Part shown: positions 54,661 through 64,000 of the stretch, in pieces
Position numbering within the stretch: the stretch's first letter is position 1
Layout of the letters: each line of letters begins with the position of its first letter
Assembly (NCBI RefSeq): GCF_006345805.1
Contig: NC_043001.1
Coordinates: 106,764,001-106,828,000 of the forward strand
Length of the DNA stretch: 64,000 nt
Origin: Octopus sinensis
Lineage: Eukaryota
Reading direction: 5' to 3'
Made by a program: the position numbers and the translations under genes
The notes under the pieces: generated by a model
Database searches by the model: none
What the model was told of the DNA's origin: nothing
What the model saw: only the letters and a program-made list of their open reading frames with translations

Positions 54661-55395
54661 GGAAAATTGAATAAGGAGACGAACTCTCGGGATGTTGTTA
54701 GACTATTTATATTTTGAATTCTTCTACATATGTTTCGACGGATGCACTCCAAAATGTCCGACAGGATAAATTATGGTCAGCAATGTATCAATCTTATCAG
54801 GAATGATATAAATAACACACTCATCAAACAGACATGTTAACAGAAATAGAAAGTCCTATACACACACTCGCACACACGCACGCAAACACACACACTTACA
54901 CACAAACATATACAACTTAACATGGACCATTGAGAATGAATGTCCAACATCAACCTGGAGGATAAATATTCTTTATTTGCGGGTTAACCAGGCTTCATGT
55001 TAAGAGAGGTATATCTCTCAACAACTTTCAAGCCTATGGCACGGGACGCTGGTGTTTGTCTTAGAGGGTCTGCTAGTTAGGAAACATATGCAGCTTGGAT
55101 TTACCTGTTCTACTCCTTCTAAATTTTAATTCGCATTCATAACGACTCTGGTTGGTAACTGTGACATATATACAAATTTTTTCAGCATATCAAACTTCAA
55201 CATAGGAAAAGTCTATAAATTATTATTGTTTCTGAACTTTATTTGTTTTTTTAACTAGCACGGACTACTCGAACTTTATAAACTTCCTCCACTTAGAAAC
55301 TTGCATTTTACAACTGCATATCGATATATATATGTATGTACGTGTTTGTGTGTGTATAATAATATATATACATATATATAAAGATGTGTATATAA

Positions 55396-55496
<101 letters not shown>

Positions 55497-56014
55497 ATTA
55501 TATATATATATATATATTATATATATATATATTTAATTTTATTTGTTAGGGAATAAAAACTCCGGCATCACAAGGGTTCAAACTATTCTCAACGAGGAAA
55601 TCTATATTTTTTCATATAGAGATAGTAGGGCCCTTCATCCACCATATATGGTGGGATGAAGGGGCCTACTATCTCTAAATGAATATATATATATATATAT
55701 AAGAGGTGTGTTGTGTAAGACCGAAACAATGCGAGAAGGTACTAAGTAAATTACATATGGAAAAGGAAAACAAAACAAAACTTAGATTACAGTTTTACTT
55801 TGTATTTCTATATTTCGGGGTTATGACCTCTTCTTCAGGGTATTTGGAAAAAGCGGTGGAACGAAAAGTCATTGCTCAGATATGGTGGGGGAGAAGGGGT
55901 TAGATGGGGCAAGTTGCCGAACCGCTTGGTTACGGGGACGTAAACACATCAACATCGGTTGTCAGGCGATGGGGAGGGGCAATCACAGACACACAAACAT
56001 ATACACACATATAT

Positions 56015-56386
56015 ATAATATAAATTGGACATGGGCGATCGTTGTATTCTTTTTTGTCTTGAAAAATGGCACACATGTGGGGACGGGTGCATAGATTGGA
56101 ATGCAGTTTGTATTTTTTAGTTAGCCCCCATACTTACCGAGAAAATCGATTAAAACTTTTTCTAATGGAATTCCCCTCTTTCTTCTGCCATTAAAACAAC
56201 CAGTTGCTTAGAAGCTGTTTCCTGATGGGGTGGGGTCAGGAAATTTTCATACAGCTGGAGGCTCTAATCAAAACAAGGGACCCAAAATTATAAGGTTGAG
56301 AAACGGTGTTATAGATTATGCCTAACCGAAAACGATCACAGCCACATCATCCAAACAGACCGGGTGAAACCGGGATTAGCTGCTAG
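56015..56386 (+). mobile_element. Helitron 3' portion
   Basis: CCGG(G)T-GAA-ACCGG hairpin followed by GCTGCTAG|T. The 5' end is uncertain. Confidence 0.5.
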
Positions 56387-56453
56387 TATATATATAAATA
56401 TAATATATATATAAGTAAAATATATATATATATATTATATATATAATATATAT

Positions 56454-56488
<35 letters not shown>

Positions 56489-56490
<2 letters not shown>

Positions 56491-56618
56491 TATTATATAG
56501 AAGGAGCTTCTACAGGACTAGAACTGTTTCATTCAAGAGAAATCTTCAGGAAGCTTCCTGAAGATTTCTCTTGAATGAAACAGTTCTAGTCCTGTAGAAG
56601 CTCCTTCTATATAATAAA
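56489..56618. repeat. Perfect 130-bp palindrome (no spacer) centred on AAGCTT
   Basis: Symmetric about 56553/56554; the outer arms were checked base by base. Confidence 0.92.
56552..56602 (+). ncRNA. Type I hammerhead ribozyme-like motif (mirror copy on - at 56505-56555)
   Basis: AGCUUC-CUGAAGA-U-UUC-UCUU-GAA-U-GAAA-CAG-UUCUAGUC-CU-GUA/GAAGCU. Intact core, 6-bp stem I and 4-bp stem III. Confidence 0.62.
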
Positions 56619-56696
56619 TTAATTTTACTCTGCTATGTATTGAGTACCTTATTTACTGTGGTTAACCCCGAATCAACCCGGGACCTACATATATTA

Positions 56697-56737
<41 letters not shown>

Positions 56738-56944
56738 CCCGGGTTGATTCGGGGTTAACACCACAGTAAATAAGGTACGTGTCTGTGGAAGTGCTCACCC
56801 ACTTGCACGTTAATTTCACAAACAGGCTGTCCTGTTGATCAGATTAACTGGAACCCTCGTTCTCGAAACCAATGGAGTGCTAGTTATATATATATATATA
56901 TTATATATATATATATATAATATTATTATATATATATATATATA

Positions 56945-57271
56945 TATAACTAGCACTCCATTGGTTTCGAGAACGAGGGTTCCAGTTAATCTGATCAACA
57001 GGACAGCCTGTTTGTGAAATTAACGTGCAAGTGGGTGAGCACTTCCACAGACACGTTTACCCTTAACGTAGTTCTCAGGGTGATTCAGCGCGACACAGAA
57101 TGTGACAAGGCTGGCCCTTTGAAATACATGTACTACTCATTTTTGCCTGCTGAGTGGACTAGAGCAACGTGAAATAAAGTGTCTTACTCAAGGACACAAT
57201 GTGTCGCCGAGAATTGAATCCACGACCTTGAGATTTTGAGCCGAATACCCAACCACTAAGACACATGCCTT
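56945..57271 (-). mobile_element. tRNA-derived SINE whose 3' part is inversely duplicated at 56777-56887
   Basis: tRNA-like head at the right end; same family as 745-1078. Confidence 0.78.
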
Positions 57272-57274
57272 CAT

Positions 57275-57339
<65 letters not shown>

Positions 57340-57593
57340 TATATATACGGAAAAATAAAAAGAAACAAAGTAAATGAAGACTATAATAAAAGTAACGTTT
57401 TTTTTATATATAAAAACAAAGATATATACATACAAATAAATGATTTGAGGTAAATTTAGAAATATAATAATCATCTTCGGAACAGTAGACAGAGGAAACT
57501 CCAAGAGAAAAGGAAGACAGGAAAACAGTCCACATGTGGTTACATTTTGGAATATATATATATATATTTACATATATATATATATATAATATA

Positions 57594-57636
<43 letters not shown>

Positions 57637-57712
57637 ATATATATGTATGTATATGTATATGTACACATATACAGATAGAGTTAGAGCTATCTAGACATAT
57701 GTATTTTTTCTT

Positions 57713-57777
<65 letters not shown>

Positions 57778-57800
57778 ATATATATATATATATATAGAGA

Positions 57801-57832
<32 letters not shown>

Positions 57833-57974
57833 CAGATAGATATACAATGGCTTGATAACAGCTATACACAAAACTCTCAGGCCTTGAGTCACTTCGTAAC
57901 CTCTGGTGTTTAAAATCAAATATCAAAATAATAATAATTATATGTTTAACTGAAGGTAACATAGAAGAATAGAT

Positions 57975-58033
<59 letters not shown>

Positions 58034-58069
58034 GATAGATAAATAAATAGATAGATAGATAGATTGATG

Positions 58070-58113
<44 letters not shown>

Positions 58114-59835
58114 CATACATACATACATACATACATAATAACATACATACATACATACATACATATCGTAATGTATATATGCGTGTATGTGAGTGTGTGT
58201 GTGAGAGAGAGAGTGTGTGTGTGTCTGGGTGTGTATGGGTGTGTACGTGCATGTGTATAAGCATGTATACATGTGTGTACATATGTATATGTTTCCATAT
58301 TCTAATTTAAATTATGCATGACCCATTTGCAGATGCTGCTTATTTGCCGGTGCATTTCATGAAGAACAAGTGGTGTCGATTAGTTGATCTCAAGTAAAGG
58401 CAGCAGGAAGTTCAGTAAAAGATCGTCTCAAGCCGTTAAGGTCAGCAGTAATGAAGCTAATTGACTCGAGGTAACCATTGAAATAAAATTTAAACCAAAC
58501 ATGCCAATAGCTGGAAAAGCGTTTTAATGCAAACATGTGTGTTTATATTTAATTGTGTATTGGATGAAAACACCTTGATGATCCCAATAAACGTATTTGC
58601 CATAATGGCGGGACAGGGAAGAAACTGCTATTATTTTGCTTCTCTCACAATATAAATACAATTTGAACATTTGTTGAGGTCATAGATGCGAGGAAGATAC
58701 ATCTAGCTAAGGTGTCTGATATACTGAGTGTAGCGGCAGTCATTTGTAGCCTGTGACTCACATTATCTTGCTGGTATTGTTTAGCCCCAAGTCGACTCTG
58801 ATTGAGCAGTTCTATGACCAAAAGCATTCTAGCTGTAGCCATTCCAGTTAATTTATTTTTGTATGTATGAAACTATATCAATATGAGTCTTTCTTTTTGA
58901 TGATAACATGTAATTTGAAGGAAATTTGGCTGCTATTCTCCTTTGTTTTGGCTTGATTACCAGTACTGTAAATTTATATAGATATCATAAAGATATCGCT
59001 TGATATAGATCATAAAGTATAATTATCGAATGTTCCATTGCCTTATAGTCTTGAGCACATTTTGATATTGTTTAGCCTAAGGTCTGCTCTACAATCAATG
59101 TTATTCCAATTTTGAATCCTTCTTTTTATCTAGGCACAGTACCCTAAGGAGCACATCTAATATGTTCCTATGCTCTTAGACAGTGAGATGTAATTTGAGG
59201 AAGATTTTGACAGTTATGTTTAGCATGTTAAGGAATTGTGTCGATACTCTCTCATTAACTCAAGGACCTTATATGTTTGGTATGTGTATAGTACTGTGAT
59301 ACATCCTGGCCTCGAAATATTTTAATTACGTCAAAATCAGCAGAATTTCAATCAACATTAGAGAAAATAGACACAACGAGGTTACTGGACATGCTCAAAA
59401 TAACAGTCATTTGTTGCTCATATCACAAATCACACCCACCACCACTGTTTTATAGAAAGAATACATTGAACTTAATATGCATAAAAAAGTGTGATAGTCA
59501 AAGCTGGAAAGATCTTGTAGATGAGGGCTGAGCAGAAACTAAACAACAACAGTATTTAGTAACCTTCTACATTTTGAAAGACAGGGTAGCATTCAACTTC
59601 TGTTTTCTGACAATAAGCTGAAGATAAATCTAATTCTAATGCGAACATGAATTAATCCAGATTAAGACATGACTTGCAGATTGACTTGGCACTTATTGCT
59701 GGACAGAATCATAAATTAGATAGCTTATGCAGGATCTCTTCCAGTGACTGAGACTCGTTTCTACTCGAATCCTTGTCAATGCTCATGTCCTTGTAATACA
59801 TGGCAATAAAAAAGCTGCTTGTATTATTATTACTA

Positions 59836-61023
59836 TTAGGTTGTTTCACATGAAATGTCGTATTTGAAAGGTAACAATAACATGTTTCAGAAGTGTTAGA
59901 GAACTGAGTTATTTAATCAAAGTATGGTCCATGTTCATCTATGACGTTTACCCAACGTTTCTCTATGTCATCATTTTCTCTTTAAAAAAAAATTCATCTT
60001 TTGCTGTAATAAACTGTTCGAATGCTTCAATAAGTGATGATCAGTCAGAGAGATAACAGGAGTATAAGGAGGACGTTGCAAAATCTCATAATTCAGGCTT
60101 TGCAACTTTTGTACCGTAGCCTGAGGAGTGTGAGGACGTGCATTGTCGTGGAGCAAAATTGGACCATCTCTATTCATTATGGGTTGCTTCTTTTTCAAAT
60201 TCTCTTGCATACAATCAATTTCCTGGCAATACAATGTTACTGTTACCGTTTTTCTTTGTTGCAAAAATGAATAATGAATAACTCCCTTCGCAGACCACCA
60301 TAGAGTGACCACTAACTTTTAGGGTACAATGGTGGGTTTGGGTAGTGTTTAGGTGACTCTCCTGCATCTAATCACTGTCTTGCTCTCCTGCTGTTGTTAA
60401 AGCGTATCCATGTCTCTTCACTAGTAATGATTTGATGCAAAAATGGTCTTTTTCCAGTCGAGAAAGCAATAAGGAGCACACTTTGAGGCGTCTGTATTTT
60501 TGAATCCCGTTCAGTTGATGTGGAACAAACCTTTCAGTTTTCTTGACTTTTCTAATTTTTTACAGGTGTCCAAAAACAATTGTGCGAGATGTTTGGAGTT
60601 CTGATGAAAGTTTTCGAACCTTTGTTCTCGGATTTTGTTCAACTAAAGCATTTAATCCATCATGCCAAATAACTGATTTTGGCCTAACCCTTCGTTTATT
60701 TTCAAGGCTATCATCTCCTAAACGAGAGCTTTGGAACCATCTCTGAACAGTTCTGATGTCAACAAAACCATTACCAAAGGCCCGCTTGATATACTGTAGA
60801 GCTTCTGCGGCAGAATGATCCAGTTAGTACTCATACGATAAAATCACTCAACATAGTTTGGTTGTTATCATTTTCATAAGGTCTGTGGGTAAGAATTTTG
60901 TATACTAATATTGTTGGGAAAGAAAAAGAGTCAAGATTATATGCAAGGTATACATAATTGAGTTTTTAAATGACTGAAATAAGAAGTAATTAAAAATGCG
61001 ACATTTCATGTGAAACAACTTAA
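59836..61023 (-). mobile_element. Full-length decayed mariner transposon
   Basis: 25-bp TIRs TTA(G/A)GTTGTTTCACATGAAATGTCG with 1 mismatch and TA TSDs. Transposase motifs (F)VPHQL, VTLWWSAKGVIHY, LLHDNARPH and PPYTPVISLTD (YSPDLAPSD-like), with stops and frameshifts. Confidence 0.92.
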
Positions 61024-61746
61024 TATTTTGTCTATTTGTAAGTAAAGACTTTTATTATATAAATTGTCAGTTCTTTTTCTGAAGCACTAGAGAGTGATTT
61101 GATAAGTGTATTGCAGCTGCTGTTTTTTCCTGTCAATCGACCGCACAGATATTCACACGGTGGCTTGTTATCAAAATAGTAACTGAAAGCTAAGTGGAAA
61201 AAAAAGTTTGGGGCAGTAACACAACGACAAGTGAATGTATTTTGACTCGCAATCTAAGAACAGATAGTCCATTACGCAATCTTCGAAGTCAGTTCGGGTC
61301 ATTTGCAAACAGTCACCAGCTGCACAAGCAAAAGCTTGTATTTCACCAAGAGAAGGTAAATAGAGTATGTTAGAATTAAGCTAGCAGTGTTGATTAAAAA
61401 GATTTTAAACACCGACTATTTATTAAAAAACGGCGGGAGATTACAGTGAGTGCACGTGTTTCTCCAAAATGCATCCTGCGCTACATAAACACAAGGGGTA
61501 TCATTTCTGCCAGAAATTCAGTGTATTGCGTGGGTCACGTAATGTGTTAGTGACCTAAGGCAATTTTCTGTAGCCTGAGATGAGAAATTCTATCCTATTT
61601 ATATTCCCCAGACATATATTGCCGCAGGAGAATTTACACATGCAATCAAGTTGTCACATTTACATGTTATGTCTGTATATGTGTGTGTGTGTGCACGCGT
61701 GCATGTGTGTATGTATGTGTGTGTGTGTGTTTCAATATATATGTAG

Positions 61747-61778
<32 letters not shown>

Positions 61779-62219
61779 TATATATACATATATATATATA
61801 TGTACATACTACATATTTATATCTGTATACTTACATATATCCTACACTAAAATATCCTTCACTTTATTCTTGTCATTCAGTTCTGTATAGTACATCAGTC
61901 TGTCACTGAACAGTTCAGAGTAGCTTATCAGGTCTTCTGACCTCTCCGTCAACTCTTGTCCGATTTTGAACAAAGGGACTCCGTGAGTAGTCTCCTGTGA
62001 CTTTCCTCATGTTGCTATGTAGCCGGTTCCGATAGAGAGATAAGAATATATCTATTACTTGACGGGTCCTTTATTTATCGACCCGAGAAAGATTAAATAG
62101 GTAAGTTGACCTCTTCAGGATTTGAACTCACATTTACAAACACACACACATGCGCACATGTTACATATTGCATGTGTGTAAGGGTAAAATATTATTTATA
62201 TATGCAGGTATGTGTGTAT

Positions 62220-62280
<61 letters not shown>

Positions 62281-62419
62281 TGAGTGAGAGAGAGAGAGTG
62301 AGAGAGAGAGTAAGGTTTTCGAAAACCATGGCAGGTACCCCATTCACTACTCTGTGCAAAATCTTGGTTAGCACCATAATTTTAAGAATTAGAATTTGCA
62401 TTCATTTAATCTTAATGAA

Positions 62420-63860
62420 ATCAATTTGGAAGGACGAAATATTGTCAGTAAACTAAACTAGAAAATCGAAAGGAACCTTATTCATCTACGGAGCGGAACC
62501 TTATTCACCCGACACATAAATCTAAAAGACCATAAACCAAATCGTTTTTGAGCAATCCTTTGGATAGACTCATTTCCACGTCAAAGTCTGACATTGTAAA
62601 AGCATTTTTTTCCGTATTTTACCTGTTCTTAAAAATGAAAATTGAACTCAGTTTGTGGTCAAGCACTTTACAAGTAATTGATTGGTTTAAAGGGCTAGAT
62701 TTAGTACGTACTATATTTATACAAATATACATTTCTAACTGTTACACTTTTTCTCCTTTTTCTCCTCAACAAAATTCTTATTTTCGTTATGTAAAATTCA
62801 CAACTATCTAGACAAGATAAAGAGATAATATTAATGGATAGGAAACAGTGATTGAGTTTGAAACAACATTCGTGATTAGAGAACATTGATTTAATTTTAA
62901 GGTAAATTTTGATAGAATTAACTTCGTTATTACCATGGGATCGGGTGACTCAGCACAGGCTATTGATTTCATGGGTATATATTTTTTATATTGCATCAAA
63001 AAGGTGTTCTCAGAAATATAGGTATGACTTTTTTGGAATGACGCCTTGTTCAACTTCTGAAAATGCCATAATATAGAACTAGAGAGAAATAGAAAAAAAA
63101 GAAAGCTTAGAAACTTCTTTAAAAACATAGGACTTTCTGTCTCCTAGGAACATAACTGTAAGGTAGTTAACTCTCTGGCTGTAACATTGGAACGAAATAC
63201 TGGGCTTTATTGTCCGGTTCACAATATCACTGTAAATTTAATAAAAATTCGCATCATCCTGAAGTAGTAATTAAATTGAGTACTAGGAGAGTTTTATCTA
63301 GAATATCTAGGCTTTGTGCGAATGAGGAAATTTTTTCGCAAAGTCATATTATTATAATATAGTTATAACTAGAGCCGGATACACTGAAAAGATAAGTTTT
63401 ATTCCAAAAGACAGTATTGCCAAGACACCTAAGGAAAGAGGTCTATACTCACAGGAACATATACGCAACAATTGCTATAAAGTCAGAGAGATTAATTGTT
63501 TAAATAACTCCTGTATTTCCCTCGAAAGCCCAAGCTCGAATCTGGAATTTTCAGGAATTAAATCTCAATTAGGTATGAGCAGAAAAACTGAAAAACAGTG
63601 ATAATTTTAACCCTGGGAATAATCGTTTCCCAATGTGCGACCATAAGAAAATAACTCAATGTGGAAGCAATATAACTATCTCAACAATGACAACAAAACC
63701 AATAAAATTAGATTACTAAGAAAAATATTACATGGTTTAACCTTACCTTCTTATTCGTGTAACCTCGGATGTCTCCGGAATATTCTTAAGAGCATTTTCC
63801 ACCCTCTAATAGAGTAAAATGCTCTGTAGTCATACCGTGAAAATTGTGCAATGAGCTACG
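62420..63860 (+). mobile_element. Decayed Penelope-like element (PLE) reverse transcriptase region
   Basis: In order: RLISTSKSDI...LWSSTLQVIDWFKGL..TIFIQIYISNCY (cf. RLINP.KS.IG...QW.ST..VI.WF...FIQFDI.EFYPS), ITMGSGDSAQAIDFMGIY at 62929 (cf. TMGS.DGAE.CELVGLY), WNDAL in the same frame (cf. YRDDGL), VNSLAVT (VNFLDVT) and KNSHHP (SNHPP). Consensus motifs are recalled from Neptune/Nematis-type PLEs. Confidence 0.72.
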
Positions 63861-64000
63861 CTTAATCTAGCAGATAATATAGTAGCAATTAACAGTAAGA
63901 AATTAAATACTATTAGTAATTACGAATGAACTTTTAGTTATTAAGTCGATATATCGACCCCAGTGCGTAACTGAAACTTTTTTAATCGACCCCGAAAGGA

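Noticed and set aside
62808-63128. Minus-strand 106-aa ORF with a hydrophobic N-terminus as ADMP exon 1 or a secreted protein
   Set aside because: It has no BMP prodomain motifs and no suitable phase-1 donor, and it is the antisense of the decayed PLE RT on +.

Overview
AT-rich, microsatellite-dense animal genomic DNA. The SINE, Dong and Helitron content suggests a coleoid cephalopod, probably Octopus (inference). The one host gene I can support is a minus-strand TGF-beta/BMP-family gene whose mature domain best matches ADMP. Four coding exons (34692-34553, 21827-21668, 18809-18645, 18502-17946) splice in frame through GT-AG introns into about 339 aa. The exon carrying the signal peptide was not found. 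The rest is mostly mobile DNA: tRNA-derived SINEs, a Tx1/L1 RT fragment, a CR1/L2-like fragment, four stacked R4/Dong LINE relics separated by (AAT)n, a full-length decayed mariner, Helitrons, hAT- and Merlin-like MITEs, and a decayed Penelope-like (PLE) RT at the right end. The most unusual signal is five unrelated fold-back elements (about 13.9, 45.2-46.2, 49.1, 49.9 and 56.5 kb). Each has two inverted arms carrying type I hammerhead-ribozyme-like motifs, always pointing away from the centre. Three of these families share a non-canonical U.U pair at the base of stem II. All alignments and folds were done by eye and need computational and biochemical confirmation. Boundaries of decayed repeats are approximate.
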